The translations under genes were made by a program, and so were the position numbers. Below the pieces are notes generated by a model. The model saw only the letters and a program-made list of their open reading frames with translations. It was not told the origin of the DNA and made no database searches. This document shows, piece by piece, positions 12,926 through 24,678 of a DNA stretch of 64,000 nt (position 1 is its first letter; each line of letters begins with the position of its first letter). The DNA is from Azolla caroliniana (Eukaryota > Plantae > Polypodiophyta). The DNA lies in NCBI GenBank assembly GCA_043228905.1, contig JBHGNT010000012.1:8370001-8434000 (forward strand). The letters are read 5' to 3'.

Positions 12926-14430
12926 TTAATCCACGTATTCTTTGGCCGTGTCGTTTATGGCGTGGAACAGGTTTGGTGGCACCAGTCCTAGATAGGGTTT
13001 TATTTGAAACCAATTCACCTTTTGTCGTAACACTTCTCCGACCAGGGTGCCTAGTTGAAACGTGTCGTTTTCTATGCCAACTATCCAGTACGGCCCCGTC
13101 CAACGGAATCTTAATTTACCTGGCATTTGCCCCATCCGTATTTGAAAGACTAGAACCGCTTTGCTGACCGCAAAATCTTTTTCATGCGCATTTCGATGTC
13201 GGTCCACGAATGCTTTATGCCGACGCTACTCTTGTTCTAGTATGGCCATGCTTCATAATCATGTCCCGCCTAGTTCAAATAGTTGTTGTAGCTGTATTTG
13301 TTCGGATTTGTCTTCTGATAGCCGGTCTCGTACCTGAATCCGCAGACTGGGTACCTGAAATTCAACTGGCATTACAGCCTCTAGCCCAAATGCTAGCCGA
13401 AAAGGTGTGGATTGTATGCTAGTCTTATAGTTGGTTTGGTACACCCATAACGCATGGTGTGATTTGGTATCCCAGTCTGTTTTGTTCTCATTGACAATCT
13501 TTTTTAGTATGGTTTGTAACGTTTTGTTCGTGGACTCCGCTAAACCGTTCGCCTGTGGATAATACGGCGTGCTCTTCTTGTGGACAACGGCATAGTGTTG
13601 TGTCAGCTCTCGGATGACCGAATTCAGAAAGTGGCTTCGTTGGTCGCTGATGAGTTCGATAGGGCAACCAAAACGACACCAGATGTGCTCGTAAAGAAAT
13701 TTCGTCGTCACTACCGCGGTATTTTCTCGTAGTGCTTTCGCGTCCACCCACTTGGTGCAATAATCAATAGCCACGAGTATATATTTATTGCCAGTCCAAG
13801 CTGTTGTTGGTGTAAACGTCCCCACGAAATCAAGTCCCCATTTCTGGAATGGATCCAACGGCAACACTGGTTGATGTGGCATTCTTTTTGCGTAGTCGCC
13901 CACCATAGGCCGGCTTGCCAGACTTTACGAGCTATAACATCGCATGCGTAGTATCCTCCTTCCTTACTAGAGTGAGTTTCGTGTAAAACCGCTTCCTTCT
14001 CATCCTGCCGTATTCCGCGTCGCCAGATTCCGTCGCTACCTTTGTGATACAAGACGCCTTCGACCAAACAGAACTTACGACTTCAAACGGCCAATAGTTT
14101 CTTTTTGTCCGTCCTTAATTGCGGCAGTGGTAATCTTGTGGTCAGAAAGAATGTCATCTCCATCAACCAACGAATGATCGGGAAAAGTTTTTTCCGTACG
14201 TGTCGCTATAGTTGCGATCCGCAAGATGTCTGCATCAGGAAAGTCGTCGTCATCCTTTCGCACCATTTCTCCATTATCTATCCAACTTAGGAAATCCGCT
14301 ACATCGTGTTGCATACTAGGCCGATGTTGTATAAGAAAGTTGAACTCCTGGAGCAACAACATCCATCTAGCCAATTTTCCTGCTAGCGCCTGCTTCCCCA
14401 CCAAGTATAACAGCGTCGTATGGTCCACGT
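12926..14430 (-). pseudogene. Gypsy D RNase H end and integrase
   Basis: LARWMLLLQEFNF; KWGLDFVG; ISDQRSHF; YYPQANGLAE; RWTGPY. No chromodomain. Confidence 0.9.
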
Positions 14431-14504
14431 TGTCGCGTTGTTACGCGCGTACGTGGAGAACAAGGTGGGACCACTGGGGTCTTGGACCGAGGAATAGGTG
14501 AGAA

Positions 14505-14554
<50 letters not shown>

Positions 14555-14882
14555 CTCACACACGTATAGATAGAGAAGTGCACGGGGACGCGGCCCAACA
14601 ACACAGGAGACACGAGTTGAGAACACTAGCGTATGTATATAAATGTATGCAGATCACTCGAACGGTTACAGCCGACCAGGTCGGCGAGGTGGATGCCGAC
14701 GCCTGATCACCCACGCACACAGGAGAGCAAGATGGAGATCCTGCTAGAAGCACACGGGCGTTCCACGGAGCAGGATCAGCCTCCTGAGAACCTGTGCCAG
14801 AGAAACCTATGGAGAACGATAGAGAAGAAAAGCTCTGCCAGTCCGACAGTACTTCGTTCCTTTTTGCGCGCGATCCCCTCTC

Positions 14883-14911
14883 AACACCGGGTCATTTGAA
14901 ACAGGTAATAT
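14883..14911 (+). repeat. Left terminal inverted repeat
   Basis: 29 bp perfect match to the right TIR, extending imperfectly to ~37 bp. Confidence 0.95.
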
Positions 14912-15310
14912 GTCGTATTCTCTTTTGGCATAGTTGGCCAGATGTAGAAAAGTACCCTATTTTAGCCGGATATCGAAAATATACGATGCATGCGTACCCC
15001 TTTTGCGACTTGATGGTTAAATATAGAACAAAAAAAACCTAGCAATTACTAAATTGTATATGTGTCCACATTCGTGTCAATTTGCATATCATGGAGCACA
15101 ATTGAAGACTTGGTTCAATATAAAGTTCTAAAATTGGTATCCATATTCAAATTGTAGAGTAAAACTACATAAACCGTAATTATAAATATGTGGTTTTTGG
15201 TTTAGGAATAAAGTAGTACCCCACTTGTTGGACGGGTATATCGATAGTTTCATTGTATAATGTCATATAGTTCATGACAATGTAATTGGTAAGAGTAACA
15301 ATTATGTACG

Positions 15311-18300
15311 TCATTCATTTATACTATGTGGAACCAGTAGACTTGAACCGTAGGTAACTAAAAACCTCTTATTATCAAAAACATCTCTGTCTCGTGAAGT
15401 CATCTGGAACATCTCTGTCTCGTTGATGTGTTTTGCTCCGACTTCTTGATCCTGATCTGGACAGTCCCAGATTCCTGTGATCCTCATTTTGATGAAGTTA
15501 ACTTGAGCAGGGTCCTTCTCCAATGCAACACAGTTTCTAAACATCTTCAATGCACAAGCTGTCGTTGTACCTAATGGTCACATGAACACAAACAAGTATA
15601 TATAAGAAGTAACATCTTAAACTTGATAGACAAGATTGAAATTAAGTATATATATTATACCTGTGCCAGAGAACAAGTGTAGGACCCAATCATCTGGATT
15701 CGAGAAGAGCTCTATGAGGCGGTTGATCAATCTTTGAGGTTTTTGATAAGGGTTCACCATACTTTTATCCCCTGACACATGTCTTAATTTTTTGGTTACA
15801 GCTGGGCACATGATGTAGTTAACCACGTTACGCTCATTGACATGTGCTCTAGCCTTCTTCTTTGTAATTGAATCATAGTAGCCCACACAAAAATGTTCGA
15901 CCGCACTAACCATTCGATCGCCAGGGCTACGTGTAATATTTGTTTTGATCCTATAGAGAAAGAAAATCAAGTATTAGAGGTGTAAACGTGTACATATAAT
16001 AAGAAGTACTGTAATGAGTAAAAGCGAACTATAACGCACCAATGCATGTGTTCAGTGGCATGACAACGGGACTTCAAAGCTGTTGTGACTGATAGTGATT
16101 GCCCCATGCTATGAAATATGACTATCCTCCACAAGGGGGCCAATGTCAGTTCTGCGAAATCCTTTACCATTTTCTCGATCTGAGGGTACTTGAAAGGCAC
16201 ATCATCATATGTTGATCCCGCAATACGGAAACCATATGGTATGTCAGCTATCAGCAAAGTGTAGTGCCTTCTCGGTAACAGTTCGAGCATCTGGGATACT
16301 TCGCCATTGAAAACACTATAATGAAGCTGTTTGAAAGGATCGGACCTATGCAAAAAACTCTTTACAGTCTCGGAATCCTCGGGCAGTTCCATTTCCTTCC
16401 CTTTGGTCATTCTCTTCTCATATTTCGCACGTTCTAAGTGCGTGATGAAGGCCGCTGGAATACCATCATTATTGTCGTTGTTCTTTTTTGATTTTGATGG
16501 TTTCTGCAAGTGTCATTGTTGTTAGCAGGGAACATTACTTTCTAACATATCAACATTCAAAAGACACATACCCATTCTCTAAATACAATAAAATATTCCT
16601 CCGATGCCTTGTAGGAAGAAGTTATCGGGTAGGCTTGTTCAACTTCTTCCCATGTCGGTAAACTCAGTTTTTGCATCATCAACTCTTGAATCTTCATGTA
16701 TACCTTGTGATGGCACAATCAATATTAAATTAGAAATAAGATATTCAAAATAATTGAAGACTTTCATGAAAAGGTATACTATAAACACTTACTTTTGCAA
16801 GTCTGTTACCATCTCGTCCAAACTAAATTCCTTGGCGACCACTCGAGATAGCACGGATATTAACAATCTATCATCTTTGATACCTTGTAATGATCTCCAA
16901 GGTAAAAGTTTCATGTCCTCTGGTAACTCCTCGATTACCAAGTTGCTTTTTCCCGTGGTCTTTGATTTCATCTCAACTTGTGGATCAATTCTTCCCTTTT
17001 TTGATCTTTGCCCCTTGACTTCTTTCCGCTCCCACATAGAGAATATTTTGTCTTGGAGATCCCACACCTCTCCGGTCCGAAAAGCTAGTTGAAACCAAGA
17101 ATCATATTTTCGGAGACCTTCGGATTTCGTACTCTCATCCACTGCAATCCCTACTTCCAATAAACACTGACGTCGCAATCCAGGCCACAATCTTGGACCA
17201 AAACGATTCAAGGCATCGATATTCATGATGAAAAAATCTTATCCTCTCTATACATGACATCTTTTGCCTATAATCGTTGTCATTGTTATGGTCCCATGCG
17301 AGCAGCTTCGCCTCCTCGTGAGTTAGTCCTGCATATACCTTACATTCAGCGTATTTGAAGAACGGCGTGAGAGGATATTCTTTGACAAGTTGTCGTCGAG
17401 CTTCGGCCGAATGTGATCCTCCGATTACATAGTATGTGTAATCGTCTGTAGAGCTATACTTGAAATCTGCTACTATTGGGCATTGTTCTTGATCAACCAT
17501 TACCAAAAATGGCACCACAGTAGCGTGAGGATTGATTTTCATTTTGCTTTTCAGGTTTTGGACATGGACGGAGTGCGGCTCCCTAATTTCCAAGGGACGT
17601 CTTCTAGTCACGGGGTCAATGGGGGGCCTTTGGATAGAAGGAATGGGCAAATGAAATAGCTGGCCCCTGCGCACAAGTTTAGTCTTCACAATATTTTCTC
17701 TTATTTTATTTTGTTCTGACGTCAGGACACCAGAAGATAGTTGTCCGCCTGGAGCCACGACGTCGACTTGTTGGTCGTCTTCTTCTTCCACGAACTCTAA
17801 TATTTCTTCTTCTTCTTCTTCGGGTCGTGGTCGTTTAGTATATTTCTTTTGAACAGGATTTGTCTTCCTAGACTTTTTCGGTGGAGTTTCTGCTTCACCG
17901 GTCATCATCTCTCCTGTCACGTACGGCCGAAGAGCTACCAACAAGTTATTTTTCGTTTGCAGGTCTTTACGCAAAGCCTTGGGATTGCAAGATTCGGGTA
18001 CTAGGTTTCCCTCATCAAGTCGCCTGTCGCCAACTGAGCTCGAGACGTCAATTAAAATACATGTAGAATCAATGTCTTCATACTCTAGCTTGGTTACATG
18101 CCCGTAATTAAATGTTTTTCCAAGCTGAAGTTTCCCTTCCCCGTCCGATTTTGCGGTTATCAATAACAACACCCCATCCTCCTCGACATAAGAGAGACAC
18201 CATTCAAGTTCGGGGTAATCCTTATATTTCACCTCAACCGTTTTCTCCTCTTGCGTACTACCTTTGTTGATTTTGGTAGTAGCCACAGATGACTTGGATC

Positions 18301-18349
18301 CTCCTTCCCCCCTTGAGTCAAATAAATTCTTTTTACTCATGTCCTTCAT
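15311..18349 (-). pseudogene. Spliced ParB/Srx-like + beta-class N6/N4 DNA methyltransferase gene (~900 aa when repaired)
   Basis: Exons 18349-16793, ~16713-16572, 16503-16040, 15950-15661, 15570-15311. GT-AG introns 16504-16571, 15951-16039 and 15571-15660 restore motifs LLIADIPYG, HW|IK, NPYQKP..LINRLI, VLHLFSGTG|TTTACALKMFRNCVALEKD. ParB-like YYVIGGSHSAEARRQL..LTHEEAKLLAWDHN. A 2-bp deletion at ~17221 and a non-canonical intron-1 acceptor suggest this copy is dead. Confidence 0.85.
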
Positions 18350-18553
18350 GAAGGAGCCAGAATCTCGTTTTGTCGGAGATCGAATCTTCAATCTAAATGA
18401 AGGAACTTTTTGTCTGGGTTCACTGAAATTAAAAACGTTGGTGAAAACATAGAAACAACGTACAATTTCATCTAAATCACGCAAATTATCATTTAAATTA
18501 CGTCAATTTTATGGTCCCATGCGATAGTTTTTTATCGCAAAAACAACATTTTT

Positions 18554-18738
18554 ACTGCATCGGATTTTGGTTGAAGGCAGGACATTTCAACCGAAATCCG
18601 ATGCACTGCATCGGATTTGCGTTGAAAGGCAGGACCTTCAACCGAAATCCGATGCAGTGCATCGGATTTGCGTTGCAAGGCAGGACCTTCAACCAAAATC
18701 CGATGCACTTCATCGGATTTTGGTTGAAGGTCTTGGCT
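18554..18738. repeat. 3.6 tandem copies of a 51-bp unit, each an imperfect palindrome
   Basis: Units start at 18554, 18605, 18656, 18707; TGCATCGGATTTNNGTTGAA-loop-TTCAACCRAAATCCGATGCA. Confidence 0.92.
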
Positions 18739-19314
18739 TTCAGAATTGCTTTCCAAGTTCGTTGTACAAAATAAAATAAAATTTCTATGTGTTGAGGAAA
18801 GGAATCTTTAAGGAATCTTTAGGAATCTTAAAAAATGTAATGAATATTACTAACCTGACGATTTTCTTTCCCTTGTTCATGGTTCGTGCCGGAGGTAGTG
18901 CTGTCCACGATGTGCTTCTGAGTGCTCGAAAATTGGCCTGTGCTCTGAGCTCGATGGATTCTTTCACGTGATAATGAAAATGAAATTTCTAACCTCCTTA
19001 TATAGAAGACTTTAGCATTTTTTTTAAAATAAAAAATAATTTTTAATTATTTGTTTTTTACGAAAATTTCGGAAAATAATATAGTTAATCTAAGTGTTCG
19101 GGTAGTTATATAGTTAGGCTTCAGCATTCCTTAATTTTCTCAAAAGAAGGTTTTAGAATACAGTTAGACTCCCTCAAATGTCTTCTTCTACAAGTAGAAC
19201 ATCTCTTTTTTCTATTGCCCCCTTTTCATTGTCAGATAACTCGTATTTCTCAATAGAAGAGTACGACCACAAAAAACATTCGCGGCTTAAACAGAAAAGT
19301 GTGGCTCCTAGTAC

Positions 19315-19649
19315 TGTTGGGATTTTCGGTCCCTCCGGATGGGATGTCCGGAGATGAATGACGGCAATTACGGTTACGGTTACGGTTACGGTCCCGGCTA
19401 CGGAGCCGGATGATGAAGACCCCGGCTACGGAGCCGGATGATGAAGACCCCGGTTACGGAGCCGGATGACGAATGTACCCGGAGAGAGATCCGGATGCGG
19501 GGACATATTTGTGAATATGTTTGCCAAGGGCCCTTGAGGCTATATTTGTAAATAGCCCGAAAGTCATATGTGTATAAATATGACTTAGGGCAAACAGTTT
19601 GTGTTGTTGCTCATTTTTCTATTTTCACTTAGAGGAGTGAAGAGAGCAG

Positions 19650-19682
<33 letters not shown>

Positions 19683-22600
19683 GAAGAGGTCGTTGCCTCT
19701 GTGTATTACCGCCGCCTGTGGCGAAGACAGTGAGCTCAAGGTTGTTGCCTTGTAGCTTCACCATTGTACATCTCTGTTTATAGTGATAGTTGGAGTTTGA
19801 GGACTCCCGTGGTTTTTTCCCATTTAGGGTTTTCCACGTAAAACATCCTGTGTACTCTTCTCTCTATTGTCTTCGTGCATTTTGTATTTCCTGTTTTCTG
19901 TGAGTTGATCCTATTCCTCGGTTGTGGCCGAGCACTGTGTTCAACAAAGTGGTATCAGAGCAACGGTAACACAGAAAATGGAAGGCGGCGGTAGTGGGCC
20001 TCCGGGCATGATGGTGTTGAACTCACAGAACTACGCCGACTGGAAGATAAAGATGGAAGACCTTCTCATCGTCCGAGATCTGTACGAACCGATCGACAAT
20101 GCCGAGATACCCAAGGGAGTAATAGAGTCGGAGTGGAAGCTCCTGAACCGGAAAGCCGTAGCGACGATCCGGCAATATGTCGATGTAAGTGTTCTGCAAC
20201 ATGTGGCGAACGATACGAACGCCTATGAGATGTGGCAGAAGCTGTCCGGACTGTATGAGAGGAAGAATGCTCTGACCCAGACCTCCTTGATGAGGAAGAT
20301 AGTGAATCTTAAGTACCGGGACGGCGAGAGCATGGTCGAACACGTCAGCACGTTCATGGGATTCGTGAACCAGCTTGCGGCGATCAAGTTCCCGTTGGAT
20401 GACGCAATGCAAGCCATCATGCTGATGTGTACCCTTCCGGAGAGCTGGGAGAATTTGGTAGTTACTCTCAGCACCTCCTGTAAGGAAGAGAACTTGTCTT
20501 TACTAACGGTAAAGACAAGTATTCTAAATGAAGAAGCGCGTCGGAGAGACAAAGAACCGGCCTCCGACTCGAAGGCACTGCTTACCGAATCGGAACGGGG
20601 AAGACAACGGAACCGGAGTCCGCAAAGATGGGAGAATTCGGGGACACGGTCGCAGTCGAGGGGAAGACCTACATGCTTCTACTGTGGGAAGCCGGGGCAC
20701 TTCCAGAAGAACTGTCGGCATTTCCGGAAAGACAACGGAACCGACGGTACCGATTCGAAGAAGTCACCGGAGCGAAACGGTGCATACCGGGGAGCCACGG
20801 ACCGGAGAGGTCCGGATCAGCGAGGGCAGGACCGGAAAGGAACGACGGCACTCGCGGCAAGTGAAGAAGAGATAATGCTCATTACCGAAGAGAGGGAGCT
20901 GAACCTTGCCGGTGAAGAGATGACCTGGGTGGTCGATTCCGGAGCGTCGTTCCACCTGACCCCGGAGAAGAAATACTTCTCATCCTACACAGCCGGTGAG
21001 CACGGCTGTGTCCGGATGGGAAATGAAGGTACATGCCGGATTGCCGGCATAGGAGACGTGTGGCTGATGACATCAACCGGATGCAAGATGCTGCTGAAGG
21101 ATGTTCGACACGTTCCGGAGGTTCGATTGAACCTGATTTTGGCCGGGAGGCTAGACGATGAAGGCTACACGGGTAGCATCCGGAACGGTGTCATGAAGTT
21201 CAGCAAAGGGAGCCTGATAGTGGCTCGGGCCCGGAAGATCAACACACTGTACCTGATGAATTCCCGGCTATGTCCGGAGGAGCTGAACGTGGCAACTGAC
21301 ACTGCCGGTGAGCTATGGCACAAGAGACTGTGCCACATGAGCGAGAAGGGGATGAAGAGGCTTGCCGAAGACAACCTGATATCGGTAAAGCATGTACACT
21401 TGGGGAAGTGTATCGACTGTCTGGCCGGTAAGCAAAACCGGACCTCCTTCCACTCAAGGCCACCGACGAGACGTAGCGCACCATTGGAGTTGGTGCACAC
21501 TGACGTGTGTCAGGTAGAAACGAAGTCACATGGCGGAGCCCAGTACTTCGTAACATTCATAGATGACCATAGCCGGAAGCTGTGGACGGCATCGTTGAAG
21601 ACAAAGGACCAAGTATTGTCCGTCTTCAAAGAACTCCACGCGAGAGTGGAAAGGGAATCCGGCAGGGAGCTGAAAGCGATACGAGCGGATAACGGAGGGG
21701 AATACCGGGGGCAGTTCGAGGAGTACTGTCGCTCGAAGGGAATCCGGCTCGAGTTTACTGTGCCGAAGACGCCGGAACTGAACGGGCTGGCCGAGAGGAT
21801 GAACCGGACCATAATGGAGAGGGTCCGGAGTATGCTGGCGCATGCGAAATTACCCAAGGGGTTTTGGGCTGAGGCAATGTCGACGGCGACATACGTGATA
21901 AACAGATCACCCTCAGTACCTTTGGACGGAGACACGCCGCAGAGAGTGTGGACCGGTAGGGAAGTATCCTACCGGCATCTGAAGGTGTTCGGGTGTCTCG
22001 CATATGTGCATGTGGCAAAGGACCGGAGAGGAAAGCTAGATCCAAAGACCCGGCCATGCATATTCCTCGGTTACGGCGATGACGAGTTCGGCTACCGAGT
22101 ATGGGACCCGGTCGACAAAAAGATATTCCGGAGTCATGATATCATCTTCATGGAGGACAAAACACTCGCCGACTGGGAGTCGGAGAAGAAGATGAAGAGC
22201 TCCAAGTCGACCGGTGAGGATCAACTCTACGAGGAGCAGTCCCGACCGGCAAGGGACCGGTTAGCACTCGAGGATCCGGCCGAAGACGGTGAAGAAACAG
22301 AACTGGCCGAGGAAGATGAAACTGATACCGGAACCGGCCCCGATCCCGAAATGGATTCGGATGATGAGGAAACGGAGGAGCCGGTTACCGAAGCTCCGGA
22401 ACGGAGATATCCTCTAAGAGAGAGAAGGGCCTCCGGAGATTTCCGGAACCAGAGCACGTGCTGCTAACCGACGAGGGGGAGCCGGAGAGTTTTGAAGAAG
22501 CAAAGCTTGACACCCATAGCCGCAGGTGGTTAAGTGCCATGCAGGAGGAGATGGATTCCCTGCATGAGAACCACACATATGAACTTGTGGAGTTGCCGAA

Positions 22601-24678
22601 AGGAAAGCGGGCACTTCGAAACAAGTGGGTGTTCAAGCTGAAACCGGGAGATGCCGGAAACCCCCCGAGATACAAAGCCAGGATCGTGGTGAAGGGGTTC
22701 CAGCAGAAGAAGGGCGTCGACTTCGACGAGATATTTGCCCCGGTAGTGAAGATGACCTCCATCCGGATGGTGCTGAGCATAGCGGCAAGCATGGACCTCG
22801 AGGTAGAACAGATGGACGTGAAGACGGCATTCCTTCACGGTGACCTCGAAGAAGAGATCTACATGCAGCAACCGGAAGGATTCGAGAAGAAAGGGAAGGA
22901 GCACCTGGTATGCCGGTTGAAGAAGAGCCTTTACGGACTGAAGCAGGCTCCCCGGCAATGGTACCGGAAGTTCGATTCTTTCATGACCGACGAAGGGTAC
23001 CACAAAACGCAGTCCAATCACTGCGTGTTTGTGAAGAAGTTCGAAGGAGGAGACTCTCTAATACTCCTCCTGTACGTGGACGACATGTTGATCGTCGGAC
23101 GGGACCAGGTCAAGATACGGATGCTGAAGAAAGCGCTTCACCGAACCTTCTCAATGAAGGACCTGGGTCCGGCGAGGCAAATACTAGGGATGCACATCAT
23201 CCGGGACCGGAAGAAGAAGCAGTTGTGGCTGTCACAGGAGAAGTACGTGACAAAGGTGCTTCACCGGTTCAACATGTCGGAAGCAAGACCGGTCGGGTCA
23301 ACCCTCCCGGCAAACTGCAAGTTGTCCAGCAAGCAAAGCCCCAAGACAAAGGCTGAGAAGGAGGACATGATGAAAGTACCATATGCCTCTGCCGTCGGAA
23401 GCTTGATGTACGCAATGGTGTGTACAAGACCGGACATAGGATATGCAGTCGGAGTGGTGAGCCGGTACATGAGCAATCCCGGCAAGGAGCACTGGAACGC
23501 GGTCAAATGGATACTCCGATACTTAAAGGGCACTTCGAACGTATGCCTCCGATTCGGCTCCGGTAAGCCCGAACTCGACGGCTTCACCGATTCGGATATG
23601 TCGGCTGATGCAGATACCAGCCGGTCCACATCAGGGTATGTGATGACGTATGCAGGGGGAGCTGTTTCGTGGCAGTCGAGGCTGCAGAAGACGGTTGCGT
23701 TGTCAACCACGGAGGCGGAGTACATGGCGGCCGTTGAAGCCGGCAAGGAAATAATATGGATGAAGGACTTCATTAGAGAGCTCGGTATCCGGCAGGAGGA
23801 GTACCGACTCTACTGCGACAGTCAGAGTGCCATCCACCTTGCGAAGAATGCGGCCTATCACACCCGGACGAAGCACATCCAGCGTAGATACCACTGGATC
23901 CGGGAAAGGATAGAAGACAAGGAGTTCGTGCTGACGAAGATCCACACGGACGAGAACGGGTCGGATATGCTGACCAAGGTACTTACACCCGACAAGCTGG
24001 AAGCATGCCGGAAGAGGATCGGATTGGAGAGACATCCCATGCCGAAGTGAAGGGGGAGTTTGTTGGGATTTTCGGTCCCTCCGGATGGGATGTCCGGAGA
24101 TGAATGACGGCAATTACGGTTACGGTTACGGTTACGGTCCCGGCTACGGAGCCGGATGATGAAGACCCCGGCTACGGAGCCGGATGATGAAGACCCCGGT
24201 TACGGAGCCGGATGACGAATGTACCCGGAGAGAGATCCGGATGCGGGGACATATTTGTGAATATGTTTGCCAAGGGCCCTTGAGGCTATATTTGTAAATA
24301 GCCCGAAAGTCATATGTGTATAAATATGACTTAGGGCAAACAGTTTGTGTTGTTGCTCATTTTTCTATTTTCACTTAGAGGAGTGAAGAGAGCAGCCGAG
24401 AGAGAGAGAGAGACGAAGAGGTCGTTGCCTCTGTGTATTACCGCCGCCTGTGGCGAAGACAGTGAGCTCAAGGTTGTTGCCTTGTAGCTTCACCATTGTA
24501 CATCTCTGTTTATAGTGATAGTTGGAGTTTGAGGACTCCCGTGGTTTTTTCCCATTTAGGGTTTTCCACGTAAAACATCCTGTGTACTCTTCTCTCTATT
24601 GTCTTCGTGCATTTTGTATTTCCTGTTTTCTGTGAGTTGATCCTATTCCTCGGTTGTGGCCGAGCACTGTGTTCAACA
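19315..24678 (+). mobile_element. Ty1/Copia element F: youngest copy, inserted in the transposase 5' end
   Basis: LTRs 19315-19946 and 24061-24678, apparently identical except 14 bp of (GA)n; PBS 19950-19961; PPT GAAGGGGGAG; TSD AGTAC. Confidence 0.97.
19978..24050 (+). CDS. Copia F gag-pol polyprotein, intact except one 1-bp frameshift at ~22430
   Basis: Two long overlapping ORFs (to 22467 and 22458-24050) containing CCHC, DSGAS, INT DDE, YVDD and RNase H motifs. Confidence 0.95.

Noticed and set aside
14504-14553. (GA)n and (CT)n microsatellites
   Set aside because: Ordinary components of the LTRs, recurring in sister copies.
14912-15230. Possible subterminal GTACCC motifs in the DNA transposon
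   Set aside because: Too short and irregular to support without an alignment of copies.
15311-18349. Bacterial or phage contamination as the source of the MTase
   Set aside because: It has spliceosomal introns and lies inside TIRs with a TSD in a plant LTR.
18350-18484. N-terminal extension of the 449-aa ORF
   Set aside because: It starts at TTG; in a eukaryote the ATGs at 18349 or 18340 are more plausible.
18554-18738. CRISPR array next to nucleic-acid enzymes
   Set aside because: No unique spacers; the whole 51-bp unit repeats.
22420-22467. Programmed ribosomal frameshift in Copia F
   Set aside because: Sister copies C and I are in frame here, so it is a 1-bp deletion or a sequencing error.
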